From an uncultured candidate division Zixibacteria bacterium (GTDB lineage: Bacteria > Zixibacteria > MSB-5A5 > GN15 > FEB-12): a stretch of 64,000 nt of DNA. The first letter of the stretch is position 1, and every line of letters begins with the position of its first letter. The notes under the pieces are model-generated. The model did no database searches. It saw nothing but the letters and a program-made list of their open reading frames with translations, and was not told the DNA's origin. Shown here one piece after another: positions 26,930 through 36,631 of this stretch. The translations under genes and the position numbers were made by a program. The DNA is taken from contig CAWDXE010000007.1 of NCBI GenBank assembly GCA_963806185.1, positions 704,001 to 768,000 of the forward strand, written 5' to 3'.

Positions 26930-28043
26930 CTATACGACTTGATCCTTAAGGTCAGGATCGGACAAATAGGCGTGGATGAAGGCTTCAATGTCACCGTCCA
27001 TCACCGCCTGGACATTCGAGGTTTCATGGTCGGTCCGATGGTCTTTCACCATGTTGTACGGGTGAAAGACATACGACCTGATTTGCGAGCCCCACTCGAT
27101 CTTCTTCTTCGCTTTAGTGAACTTCTCCATCTTCTTTGCCTCTTCTTCTTTGTGATGCTGGTAGAGGCGGGAGCGAAGCACGAGGAAGGCGGAGTCTTTA
27201 TTCTTGTGCTGACTGCGTTCGGTCTGGCAGGTAACCACAATGCCGGTCGGGATATGGGTGATCCGGATCGCCGATTCCGTGCGATTGACGTGCTGACCAC
27301 CGGCACCGGAGGCCCGATAGGTATCGATCCGAATATCTTCATCTTTGATCTCGATATCCGCTGCCGTCAAGTCCTCTACGACGGGATACACATAGACCGA
27401 CACAAACGAGGTGTGCCGGCGGGAATTGGCATCAAATGGCGAGATTCGCACCAGTCGATGCACGCCCGACTCGGCTTTGAGCTAGCCGTAGGCATACTCG
27501 CCTTTGATTTCCATCGTGGCCGATTTCAGGCCGGCTTCTTCACCCGGCTGGTAGTCCATGAGCTCAGCGGTGAAGCCCATCCGCTCCGCCCAGCGGTTGT
27601 ACATGCGGAAAAGCATGTCCGCCCAGTCCTGCGACTCGGTGCCGCCGGCCCCGGGATGGATCGTCAGTATGGCGTCGCGGAAATCATCCGGCCCGGAAAG
27701 GAGGGTAGTGGTTTCGAATTTGTCGATTTCGTCATTGAGATGCTTGACCGCGTGCTCGAATTCGACCGCATCGGCCGATTCGGGGTCAATCATGGTGAGC
27801 AACTCCTCCGAGTCGGCCAGTTCAGCCGCAAGCTTGCGGTGTGCCTCGATCCATCGCTTGTGAGCGGAGATCTCTTTTAAGACGGCTTGAGCGGCCTGGT
27901 TATTGTCCCAGAAACCAGGCTGGGTCGACTTCGCCTCCAGAACGGTTATCTGTTGGCGACGGCCGTCCAGGTCAAAGATACCTCGCTAACTTGTCGAGGC
28001 GGGACTTCATTTCGGGGAGAATATTTCTAACGTCTGTAATCAC
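26930..28043 (-). CDS. prfB: Peptide chain release factor 2 (programmed +1 frameshift; additional in-frame TAG at 27482-27484)
   Basis: GTG 28043, 23-codon first frame ending [21 protein letters not shown] motif, [19 protein letters not shown]. Confidence 0.95.
27971..27985 (-). other. prfB programmed +1 ribosomal frameshift site
   Basis: GAGG-TAT-CTT-TGA-C: internal SD-like GAGG just before the canonical CTTTGAC slippery site. Confidence 0.92.
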
Positions 28044-28069
28044 GGTTATCCCTGTGCTTCATATTAAGG

Positions 28070-28103
28070 TTGTGAATATATGTACTTTTAGCACAACGGT
28101 CAA
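28070..28103 (-). promoter_or_regulatory. Promoter of the prfB-pta operon with an overlapping Rex-like half-site
   Basis: TTGACC-N17-TATATT; AAGTACA-TATA-TTCACAA covers the -10. Confidence 0.55.
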
Positions 28104-28213
28104 TGTCAATTAGACCGTCAAGTCTATTTTGTTCGTACCGTAAGTCGCTGATAGACAATTGGTTGAAAAGAAGAATTCGATTGACTTCGCGACCCGCCCA
28201 TGTATCTTGCGCC

Positions 28214-28861
28214 ATGCCAAAATGCCTTGAGTCGGTCGTCGTCGGGCCGTTTGCGGTCAACTGCTACCTTTATTGGGATCAGAAGACGGGGAAAGGGGTA
28301 GTCATCGATCCCGGAGCCGACCAACAGGCAATTTTTTCCGCTATCAATCGCGTGAAAATGAGGCCGGCGGCGATTCTCCTCACTCACGGTCACGGCGACC
28401 ACATTGCCGCAGTGCGGCCGGTCAAGGAGGAATACAATATCCCGGTCTACATTGGGAGAGGTGAAGAACACCTGCTCACTGATGCCGTAGCCAACGTTTC
28501 GGCCCTCTTTGCCGAGCCCATTATCGCACCCGCGGCCGATGCGACTGTCGAAGATGAGGAGATCCTCAAGTTCGGAAGTGTGAAACTGCGTGTTCTGGCG
28601 ACACCCGGTCACACGCCGGCCGGAGTATGCTACTTTGACGAGAATGAGGGGGTCGTCTTCTGCGGCGACACGCTTTTTGCCGGGTCAATTGGGCGCACTG
28701 ACTTTCCCGGCTCCTCCCAGGAAATACTCCTGAACTCTATCGGCCGCAAATTGTTAAAACTACCTGACGAAGTGATCTGCTTTCCAGGGCACGGCCCGAA
28801 GACCACGATCGGCGCAGAACGAACCAGTAACCCCTTTTTGTTCCATGGGTACTATGGCTGA
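28214..28861 (+). CDS. MBL-fold metallo-hydrolase (glyoxalase II/YcbL-like)
   Basis: LTHGHGDH, TPGHTP, GDTLFAGSIGRTD, PGHGP. Probably leaderless (TTGACT-N16-TATCTT-N5-ATG). Confidence 0.9.
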   Translation: MPKCLESVVVGPFAVNCYLYWDQKTGKGVVIDPGADQQAIFSAINRVKMRPAAILLTHGHGDHIAAVRPVKEEYNIPVYIGRGEEHLLTDAVANVSALFAEPIIAPAADATVEDEEILKFGSVKLRVLATPGHTPAGVCYFDENEGVVFCGDTLFAGSIGRTDFPGSSQEILLNSIGRKLLKLPDEVICFPGHGPKTTIGAERTSNPFLFHGYYG

Positions 28862-29708
28862 AAACAACTTCTCCCTTGAACCGCTGCACATCGGCAATGT
28901 GACCGACTACCACATTCACCCTGATTATTCGATCGACGCCAAGGGGAGTGTCGAAGACTATTGTCGCGCGGCCGTCGAGCGCAACCTGGTGGAAATATGC
29001 TTCACAACTCATTTCGACAGCAATCCTCGCGGTGACGGCAAAGCCAATTTCATCCGTGTCAACGGTGAGAACAGGCCGGCCACGATTGAGAATCTGGCGC
29101 CCTATGTGGAAGATGTCCGGAAGGTCTCCGAGGATTATCTGTCGCTCGGACTCATGGTTAAGCTTGGTGTCGAATTCGGCTGGTATTCCGGCTGCGAAGA
29201 AGTTGCTTCCAAACTTCGACGCCAGTATGATCTTGATTACTTCCTCGTCGGCATACACGAGCTGGGCGACGAATGTTTTTGCTGCCGCAGTTCTTACGAG
29301 CGTTGCTTTTCGAAGTACTCGGTCGAACAGGCAGTGAAGGATTACGTCCAGCAGGTAATCGACGCGGCCAAAAGCAAATTGTTCGACACTGTGGCCCATC
29401 TGGATTACATCCGCAAATACGGTGAGAGAGTCTATGGGCCGACCATCAACGAGGAATTCCGCCACTACACGTCGGATATCTTCCGTGCGCTGATAACAAC
29501 CGGCACCAAGCTGGAGGTGAACACCGCCGGCCGACGAGCCGGTTTTGAGTCGTGGTACCCCCGCACCGAGATCATCAATGACGCGAGGCGGGCCGGTGTT
29601 GAAGTCGCCTATCTCGGGTCCGATGCCCACGCGCCGGAACATGTCGGTTTCGATTTCGAATCGGCAGCGGCTCTGGTTCCGGCCGCGGTTGGTGGCTGTG
29701 ACGACTAA
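28845..29708 (+). CDS. PHP-family histidinol-phosphatase (HisJ/HisK-like)
   Basis: DYHIHPDYS, CFTTH, GVE, VAHLD, LEVNT, GSDAH; alternative start at 28854. Confidence 0.85.
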   Translation: MGTMAENNFSLEPLHIGNVTDYHIHPDYSIDAKGSVEDYCRAAVERNLVEICFTTHFDSNPRGDGKANFIRVNGENRPATIENLAPYVEDVRKVSEDYLSLGLMVKLGVEFGWYSGCEEVASKLRRQYDLDYFLVGIHELGDECFCCRSSYERCFSKYSVEQAVKDYVQQVIDAAKSKLFDTVAHLDYIRKYGERVYGPTINEEFRHYTSDIFRALITTGTKLEVNTAGRRAGFESWYPRTEIINDARRAGVEVAYLGSDAHAPEHVGFDFESAAALVPAAVGGCDD

Positions 29709-30339
29709 CGAGCTACCCGTGCGAAAGGCTGAAAGGCTGTCACGGTCATTCTATCTTCGACCCACGGTCGAGGTCGCGCGAGACCTGCTTGGCAAGTACC
29801 TGGTCTACCGTTCAGCCGCCGGAATCTACTCGGCTCGGCTGGTGGAAGTCGAGGCGTACATTGGCGAAGACGACCCCGCCTGTCATGCCGCGCCGGGGAA
29901 AACGGAGCGAAATGCCGTCATGTATGGGCCGGGCGGGTTCACGTACATTTACAAAATTTACGGCATGCATTTCTGTCTGAATTTCGTCACCGAGCGCGAG
30001 GGCTATCCCGCCGCCATACTGATTCGCGCCGGAGAGCCGCACGAAGGATTCCACTTGATGAAGGCGAACTCGCCCAATGATTCGCGGAATACGATTCTTA
30101 GCGGACCGGGTAGATTCTGCCGCGCTTTACACTTGTCTCGCGACCAGAATGATGTCGATCTTACGGGAGATGAGCTTTACGTTGAGGATCGGTTCGAGCC
30201 GGAAATCGAAGTCGGCATTTCACCGAGAGTCGGCATCAGCAAAGCCGTTGAACGGCCGCTGCGGTTTTTCGATCTGCATTCCCGGTCCGTCAGTGGAAAG
30301 AGCGTCGCAGCGTCGCTCAAACGACGAGTAGTCTACTAA
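29698..30339 (+). CDS. DNA-3-methyladenine glycosylase (MPG/AAG family)
   Basis: VARDLLGK, VEVEAYIGEDDPACHA, YIYKIYGMHFCLN, AILIRAGEP, GPGR, RVGIS; start approximate. Confidence 0.9.
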   Translation: MTTNELPVRKAERLSRSFYLRPTVEVARDLLGKYLVYRSAAGIYSARLVEVEAYIGEDDPACHAAPGKTERNAVMYGPGGFTYIYKIYGMHFCLNFVTEREGYPAAILIRAGEPHEGFHLMKANSPNDSRNTILSGPGRFCRALHLSRDQNDVDLTGDELYVEDRFEPEIEVGISPRVGISKAVERPLRFFDLHSRSVSGKSVAASLKRRVVY

Positions 30340-30348
30340 TCAGGGAGA

Positions 30349-30978
30349 TTGTGCGTGTTTGATTCGAATTTCTTACGGCAGGCACTTCTGGGTTTGCCGA
30401 TTCTTCTCTTCTCACTGACTTTTCACGAGTTCGCCCATGCCTGGACGGCGTATCGCTTTGGTGATCCTACGGCTCAGCGCATGGGGAGAATGACACTCAA
30501 TCCGATCGTGCATATTGATCTGATGGGCTTGCTGGTTATGGTCCTGTCGCAGTTTCGGTTTGGCTGGGCAAAACCGGTGCCGGTGAATCCATCCAATTTC
30601 CGCGACCCTCGTTGGGGTGACTTGTGGGTTTCTGCCGCCGGGCCAATTTCAAACCTGATACTGGCACTTATCGCCGGAGTCATGTTCCGCCTGTTGGTCG
30701 CAGACGTGTTCACCCTTCCGGAGGTTGGCATACAAGTTATCTACTACGCGATCTCGATCAACGCGGCTCTGGCCTTCTTTAATCTGATACCGTTGTTTCC
30801 TCTCGACGGCTCCCATATCCTTCGCAATCTGCTTCCACCGGAGGCTGACAACACCATGGACAAAATCGATCAGTTCGCGCCGTTTCTGCTCATGGGACTT
30901 GTCTTCCTCGGACTGGTGTGGTACATCATTGGTCCGTTTGTCAAAGCCGTACTGTTTCTGTTCGCCGGGATTCAGTGA
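30349..30978 (+). CDS. Site-2 protease family (M50) membrane peptidase
   Basis: HEFAH, GWAKPVPVNP, AAGPISN, FNLIPLFPLDG. Confidence 0.92.
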   Translation: MCVFDSNFLRQALLGLPILLFSLTFHEFAHAWTAYRFGDPTAQRMGRMTLNPIVHIDLMGLLVMVLSQFRFGWAKPVPVNPSNFRDPRWGDLWVSAAGPISNLILALIAGVMFRLLVADVFTLPEVGIQVIYYAISINAALAFFNLIPLFPLDGSHILRNLLPPEADNTMDKIDQFAPFLLMGLVFLGLVWYIIGPFVKAVLFLFAGIQ

Positions 30979-30986
30979 GTTCACCA

Positions 30987-31661
30987 ATGAGACTGGTACG
31001 CCCGATTCTCTTCACACTCACCTTGGTTCTCACCGCCGGATTGTTGGCCTGTTCCGGCGGCAAAGGGACGAAACTGAAGCCGGGAGAAGAAGGAAGCAAA
31101 GTTCCGGCTGAAGCATACCTCTTCGACGCGAAGATTATTCGCAATGGAAAGCAAAATTCGCTTCGCCTGGAAATCTACCAGACTGACACGGTGTTGGGCT
31201 TGAACGGACGAGCCTACCTTGGAAAGGGGGCTCTGCGCGGCAAGGTGACGGCCGATTCGCTTGCCGTCTACCTGCCCGTCTCGAACGAATTCGTTTACGA
31301 GTCAATAGCCGAGGCCCTGACCGCCACGGATTGCGGTATTGGTGGGTTAAAGCTGAACCTGATTCAGTTCTTCCGTACCCTTCCAGATTCGATAACGATT
31401 GATCCACGTATCACAGTAGCGGCCAATCGCCAGGACGACCGGCGTCCCAGGTTCTTGATTTTCATCCAGAATTGTCCTTGGCAGATGGAGCTCACCTATG
31501 ATCGCCAATCAACCGGCTGGCGCATCGTCGAATTCACCTTCAGCAACGGCAAGAACCTCACGCTTAGCGCCACACGTCGCGAATACAAGGCCGGCGCACG
31601 GGTCAAATCAGAGCGCCTCCGTTTCAGCCATCCCGATAGCGCCGAACGAATTACGCTCTAG
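30987..31661 (+). CDS. Hypothetical lipoprotein
   Basis: Lipobox LLAC after a hydrophobic signal; ATG 8 nt after the upstream stop. Confidence 0.7.
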   Translation: MRLVRPILFTLTLVLTAGLLACSGGKGTKLKPGEEGSKVPAEAYLFDAKIIRNGKQNSLRLEIYQTDTVLGLNGRAYLGKGALRGKVTADSLAVYLPVSNEFVYESIAEALTATDCGIGGLKLNLIQFFRTLPDSITIDPRITVAANRQDDRRPRFLIFIQNCPWQMELTYDRQSTGWRIVEFTFSNGKNLTLSATRREYKAGARVKSERLRFSHPDSAERITL

Positions 31662-31681
31662 GTCGCACCCGCCGCGGTCGG

Positions 31682-31710
31682 TTGACTTCCCCTCGAAAAT
31701 AGAGCATACT
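31682..31710 (+). promoter_or_regulatory. Sigma70-like promoter of the ABC/glycosyltransferase/rel operon
   Basis: TTGACT-N17-CATACT. Confidence 0.55.
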
Positions 31711-31739
31711 ACTCAGCTAGAGAGGAATTCAGGGAAGTT

Positions 31740-33641
31740 TTGAATATCTACGCCCGCACATTTTCAGTTCTCAAAGCCTATTGGAAGCAGTTGGTGATCG
31801 CCTCGACTTCGGCTGCACTGCACGCAGCTTTCGCCGGCATGCTCATCTGGATGATCGGCCCCCTGATGAGCACGCTGTTTCAAATGGATTCGCCCCTCAA
31901 CGGCATAGCGCCTCAGACAACGCAGTCCACCCCAGTCGCGCCGGCCGATTCCACCAGCACCTTCGGCAATGCGGTCACCACTACCGTAACTTCGTGGGTG
32001 GGGTCCATCAAAGCGAGCATGAAGGGATGGGTCGATTACTTTGTATCAGCCGACTCCCGTCAGGAAATGCTCATGCATTTCTGCCTGCTGATCCTCGTGG
32101 TTGTGCTGATCAAGAATACGTTTCTGTACATTCAGGGATTCTTCATGTCATTCGTGCAGCAGTCGGTCATTCGTGATTTCCGCAACCGACTGTTTGAAAA
32201 GTACCAGCGCCTGCCGATTGACTATTTCCACGAGCGGCGCACCGGCCATGTCATGTCGCGCGTGACCAATGACGTCGTGGTTCTCAACGAATCCATCGAT
32301 ATCGGTTTCAATCGCCTGATCACCGACTCATTGCAGGTCCTGATCCTGTTCACCTTCCTGATCATCTTAAGTTGGAAATTGACCGCCCTGGCTCTTGTCA
32401 TTCTGCCGGCGTTCTTTGGCTTCATTTACTTTGTCGGAAAGAAGCTGCGCAAGTATTCAGCCCGCTCGCAGGAACGGATGGCCGACGTCAACTCTGTCCT
32501 CGAAGAGTCGATCGCCAACATGCGAATCGTCAAGGCGTTCTCGATGGAGCCCTTCCAGATCAGCCGGTTTTTGGGCGCTACTCAGCGATATTTCCAATCC
32601 CTGCTGCGCATGTCCCGGATCCGTCATCTTGCTACCCCGATCAATGATACTCTGGCGACCATGGCCGGGCTGATTATCTTGTTCTTCGCCGGCGGCAAGA
32701 TTATTGCAGGGCAGGGCGAACTCACCGCCGGTGACTTCTTTACGTTTGTACTCGCCATGTTTTCAATGATCGCCCCGGTCAAATCCCTGAGTCAAATTCA
32801 TATCAAGCTGCAGGAAGGCATCGCCGCGGCCGAACGAATCTTTGAGGTTGTTGATGCACAGGAGACGATCGCCGATCCCGTCCACCCGGTGGCGCTGAAT
32901 CACTTTGCGGACGCTGTCCTCTTTGACCACGTCTCCTTCAGCTACAATCCCAGTGAGCCGGTCCTGAAGGATATCAATTTTGAGATTCGCCGCGGTGAGG
33001 TTATCGCGGTCGTAGGACCTTCCGGCGCGGGGAAGTCGACGCTCCTGGATCTTCTGCCAAGATTCTATGACCCGAAAGAAGGACGAATCCTTGTCGACGG
33101 CCATGATATTCGCACCGTATCCCTTGCCTCATTGCGCGGATTGATGGGTATCGTAACTCAGGAAGTGTACCTGTTCAACGATACCATCTACAACAATATC
33201 GCCTTCGGTATGGAAGGCGTCACGCCCAATAAGGTAGAGGACGCTGCATGCGCGGCCAATGCGCACGGTTTCATTTCGGAATTTGCCGCCGGCTATCATT
33301 CGATGGTGGGCAATCGCGGTGTGATGCTCTCCGGCGGCCAGCGCCAGCGACTGGCCATTGCCCGCGCGCTGTTGCGCAATCCGCAGATACTCATCTTTGA
33401 CGAGGCAACGTCGGCGCTCGACACCGAATCAGAAATGCTCGTCCAGGAGGCCATCGACCGTTTGATGACCAACCGGACGTCGCTCGTCGTGGCCCATCGC
33501 CTCTCCACCGTGAAGCATGCCGACAAGATACTCGTGATTGATCGAGGTCAGATTGTCGAATTTGGCACCCACGACGAACTCATGAGTCGCGCCGGGTTGT
33601 ACCGCAAACTCTATTCTATGCAGTTTCGGGATGCCGTATGA
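31740..33641 (+). CDS. msbA: ABC exporter ATP-binding/permease, MsbA-like lipid A flippase
   Basis: TM domain plus GPSGAGKST, LSGGQRQR, LIFDEATSALD, AHRLST; cotranscribed with LPS glycosyltransferases. Confidence 0.8.
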   Translation: MNIYARTFSVLKAYWKQLVIASTSAALHAAFAGMLIWMIGPLMSTLFQMDSPLNGIAPQTTQSTPVAPADSTSTFGNAVTTTVTSWVGSIKASMKGWVDYFVSADSRQEMLMHFCLLILVVVLIKNTFLYIQGFFMSFVQQSVIRDFRNRLFEKYQRLPIDYFHERRTGHVMSRVTNDVVVLNESIDIGFNRLITDSLQVLILFTFLIILSWKLTALALVILPAFFGFIYFVGKKLRKYSARSQERMADVNSVLEESIANMRIVKAFSMEPFQISRFLGATQRYFQSLLRMSRIRHLATPINDTLATMAGLIILFFAGGKIIAGQGELTAGDFFTFVLAMFSMIAPVKSLSQIHIKLQEGIAAAERIFEVVDAQETIADPVHPVALNHFADAVLFDHVSFSYNPSEPVLKDINFEIRRGEVIAVVGPSGAGKSTLLDLLPRFYDPKEGRILVDGHDIRTVSLASLRGLMGIVTQEVYLFNDTIYNNIAFGMEGVTPNKVEDAACAANAHGFISEFAAGYHSMVGNRGVMLSGGQRQRLAIARALLRNPQILIFDEATSALDTESEMLVQEAIDRLMTNRTSLVVAHRLSTVKHADKILVIDRGQIVEFGTHDELMSRAGLYRKLYSMQFRDAV

Positions 33642-34774
33642 ACGTCATGTTCCTCGACTCCATCGAGCCGACGGTCTGGGGCGGCATGGAAGAATGGATT
33701 CGCCTCGCTTCCAACGGCCTGGCCAGGTGCGGTCATTCGGTGACTGTCGCGGGGCGCAGAGAATCAGCATTTCTGACTAGAATCGCGCGATCCGTGCCCG
33801 CCGCGCGCCTGCTGCCGCTCGATATCGGCGGCGACTTTCATCCGCGTACCATCGCCGCCATCAAGTCTGAACTGGAGCAAGGGCGGGTCGATCTGCTGGT
33901 GGTGAATTTCAATAAGGATGTTCGCCTCGGTGGTATTGCCGCTCGTTTCGACGGAGCGGTGCGAGTTGTCTGGTCGGTCGGGCTGGATATTACCAGAGAC
34001 AACTGGGCGCACCGGTTCCTGACGCCGAAGTTGATCGACGGTGTCATCACCCCGTCTGAAGCTCTCAAACAACAAATCACTCGAGCTGGATATATCGGCT
34101 CCGACCTCGTGGCGGTGATTCCGATCGGCATTGATGATCTGGCACCCGCCCCGGATCATGGTCATTCCCGACAGACGTTACGGCAACGTTACGGCTTCAA
34201 TGAACACGATCTGGTTGGAGTAACAGTCGGTCGTCTGGTCGAACAAAAGGGACACAAATATCTCATCGAGGCTGTTGCCAAGGCCGACGATCAGCTGAAA
34301 AACGCCCGTTTCCTGATCTTGGGCGACGGTCCGCTGCGGGAGTCGCTTGATCGATTAATGACTGAATTGGGCGTGCGCGATCGGTTTGTCTTTGGCGGTA
34401 TGGTGGACGACGTCGCGTCCCAGTTGCCAATCGCAGATTTCATGGTTCATCCGTCGATCGAGGAACCGTTTGGTATTGCTCTTCTCGAGGGTATGCGCGC
34501 CGGGTTACCCATCATTGCCAGCCGCGTCGGCGGAATTCCCGAGGTGATTGACCAATCCTGCGCCATGCTGGTGCCGGCCAAGGAGCCGTCCGCGCTGGCC
34601 GACGCGCTTACCGACCTTTCCGGCGACGAGTCCAAGCGCCGGCAGATGGGGCAGCAGGGCCAAAGGCGGTTTCAGGAGTTGTTCACGGTCGACAAGTTTG
34701 TCAGTCGATTGGAGCAATATTTGACCGCCATGCTCAAACCGGAACATGACCATGGACAGACTCAAACCACTTGA
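33638..34774 (+). CDS. Glycosyltransferase family 4
   Basis: WGGME, VGRLVEQKGH, EPFGIALLEGM, SRVGGIPE. Confidence 0.9.
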   Translation: MNVMFLDSIEPTVWGGMEEWIRLASNGLARCGHSVTVAGRRESAFLTRIARSVPAARLLPLDIGGDFHPRTIAAIKSELEQGRVDLLVVNFNKDVRLGGIAARFDGAVRVVWSVGLDITRDNWAHRFLTPKLIDGVITPSEALKQQITRAGYIGSDLVAVIPIGIDDLAPAPDHGHSRQTLRQRYGFNEHDLVGVTVGRLVEQKGHKYLIEAVAKADDQLKNARFLILGDGPLRESLDRLMTELGVRDRFVFGGMVDDVASQLPIADFMVHPSIEEPFGIALLEGMRAGLPIIASRVGGIPEVIDQSCAMLVPAKEPSALADALTDLSGDESKRRQMGQQGQRRFQELFTVDKFVSRLEQYLTAMLKPEHDHGQTQTT

Positions 34775-35864
34775 GCACGGCTTCAAAGCCTTTGTGTTTC
34801 GCCTCTTTGCTCCGACCCTTCGACGGGCACAGGGAGAGTTCCATCCGCTCGACGGAACGACCTTGAACAAAGTGCTCTTCCTCCGGCCGGAGAAAATCGG
34901 CGATATGGTCATTTCGTTTCCAGTCTTCGATGCGTTAAGGCACCGTTACCCACACATAAAGCAATCCATCCTTGGCTCGCCACGCAACGTCGCGATCATC
35001 AGAGATGATCCTCGCTTCGATTGCATATTTCTCTATACCAAAAGGTTTTTTCGGGACGTCAGGACGGTCAGGGCTATTCGCCGCGAGAAATTCGACTGCG
35101 TGGTCGACATGATTTGCGACGATTCGGTGACGGCATTGTTCCTGTCTCAACTCTGCGCGCCGGGGAAACCGAGAATCGGCATTGGCAAGGTGAAGTACCG
35201 TGAGTTCTACGATTTCAATTACGACCATCGTAAGGGGAACACCGGGCACATCATCGAGAATACCGCTGCGCTGCTCGAGGCGTTCGGTATCGATAGCAAG
35301 TCCGTGAGCGGGTATGCGCCGCCCTATATCGACGCTGCCGCGCAATGCGCAGCGCATGAATTCATTCGGTCCGTCAGTCGCAACGGTTCCCGGACGATGT
35401 TCGTGGGATACAATTTGTCCGCCGGCTCTCCGACCCGTATCTGGGCAAAAGAAAAATCCGTTGAATTGCTCAAGCGCATACAAGCTGCCTACCCTGAAGC
35501 CGTTATCATTCTGACCACCGCGCCGCCTGATCGCGGTCGCGCAACGGACCTGGCTGAGGCGGTCGGCGGCAATATTCAGTTGTCGCCGCCGGGGCAGTCT
35601 CTCGTGGAGGCGTCGGCCCTGCTCGCACAGTTAAGTGTGCTGATTTCTCCAGACACCGCCCCTGTGCATATCGCCCGATCCTTCCGTGTGCCGGTGGTAG
35701 GACTGTATAGCCGATTTATGAAAAACTTCCTCCTTTGGCGTCCTTACGATCAGGGAGTCGGCGCCGTCGTGTCCGATAATGACGGCAATATTTTCGATAT
35801 CACGGTGGATCAGGTCTTTGAGGCCTTTCAACAAGTTATGAAGCAGCAAAGGCCGGTGAACTGA
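34746..35864 (+). CDS. Glycosyltransferase family 9 (heptosyltransferase-like)
   Basis: KIGDMV, ISPDTAPVHIA, VPVVGLY. Confidence 0.88.
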   Translation: MTMDRLKPLEHGFKAFVFRLFAPTLRRAQGEFHPLDGTTLNKVLFLRPEKIGDMVISFPVFDALRHRYPHIKQSILGSPRNVAIIRDDPRFDCIFLYTKRFFRDVRTVRAIRREKFDCVVDMICDDSVTALFLSQLCAPGKPRIGIGKVKYREFYDFNYDHRKGNTGHIIENTAALLEAFGIDSKSVSGYAPPYIDAAAQCAAHEFIRSVSRNGSRTMFVGYNLSAGSPTRIWAKEKSVELLKRIQAAYPEAVIILTTAPPDRGRATDLAEAVGGNIQLSPPGQSLVEASALLAQLSVLISPDTAPVHIARSFRVPVVGLYSRFMKNFLLWRPYDQGVGAVVSDNDGNIFDITVDQVFEAFQQVMKQQRPVN

Positions 35865-36631
35865 TGGCACGGCTGTCGGTGGTCATCATCACCAAGAATG
35901 AGGCGGCCAATCTGGCCCGCTGTCTCTCATCTGTCCGGTTTGCCGACGAAATCATCGTGGTCGACAGTCATTCATCTGATCAAACGGTCGAGATTGCCCG
36001 CTCCCACGGCGCTCTCGTCATTCCCATCGATTGGCCCGGCTTCGGGCCGGCAAAGCAATTGGGCGTTGATCGTGCTATCGGAGAGTGGGTGCTGTCGATC
36101 GATGCAGACGAGGAGCTCTCTTCCGGGCTGGCAGCCGAGATTCAGCAATGCATCGCGTCGCCGTCGACGCATGCCGGCTATGAAATGCCTCGTCGAACAC
36201 AGTTCCTCGGCCGATGGATCGGGCACTGCGGCTGGTACCCGGATCACCTGCTTCGGCTGTTCAAACGAGATCATGGTCGTGTCACCGATGCCAAAGTGCA
36301 CGAACAGATTGTAGTGAACGGTTCAATCGGACGATTCCGAAATGACCTCCTTCACTACAGTTATCCTACGATCGACGTGTATCTTGTAAAATTCGATCGC
36401 TATACCTCCGTCGGAGCCGAAGAAGCGTTTCAACGGGGGAGACGAACCGGCTTGTTTGATTTGACCATTCGACCGATGGTAGCCTTCCTCAAGTTCTATA
36501 TCGCGAAACGCGGCTTTCTTGATGGGTACGAAGGCTTCCTCATTTCGGTCTTCTCGGCCGGCGCCGTTCTGGTCAAATACGCCAAACTGCGCGACCTGCA
36601 ACGCCTCAACAAGCTCGGTGAGTCAGCCTGA
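35864..36631 (+). CDS. Glycosyltransferase family 2 (WaaE/KdtX-like)
   Basis: LSVVIITKNE, VVDSHSSD, WPGFG, IDADE, WYPD, VHE, GFLDG. Confidence 0.9.
   Translation: MARLSVVIITKNEAANLARCLSSVRFADEIIVVDSHSSDQTVEIARSHGALVIPIDWPGFGPAKQLGVDRAIGEWVLSIDADEELSSGLAAEIQQCIASPSTHAGYEMPRRTQFLGRWIGHCGWYPDHLLRLFKRDHGRVTDAKVHEQIVVNGSIGRFRNDLLHYSYPTIDVYLVKFDRYTSVGAEEAFQRGRRTGLFDLTIRPMVAFLKFYIAKRGFLDGYEGFLISVFSAGAVLVKYAKLRDLQRLNKLGESA

Noticed and set aside
27482..27484. Genome-wide reassignment of TAG (alternative genetic code or pyrrolysine)
   Set aside because: TAG is the normal terminator of many full-length genes here (both anchored cytochromes, second kinase, rel, recN, prfB itself), and no pyl genes are in the window.
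25890..27880. Long plus-strand ORFs (350 and 313 aa), and similarly 3475..4437, 23189..24106 and 28737..29642
   Set aside because: They are antisense shadows of well-conserved genes in GC-rich DNA, with no recognisable motifs or RBS.
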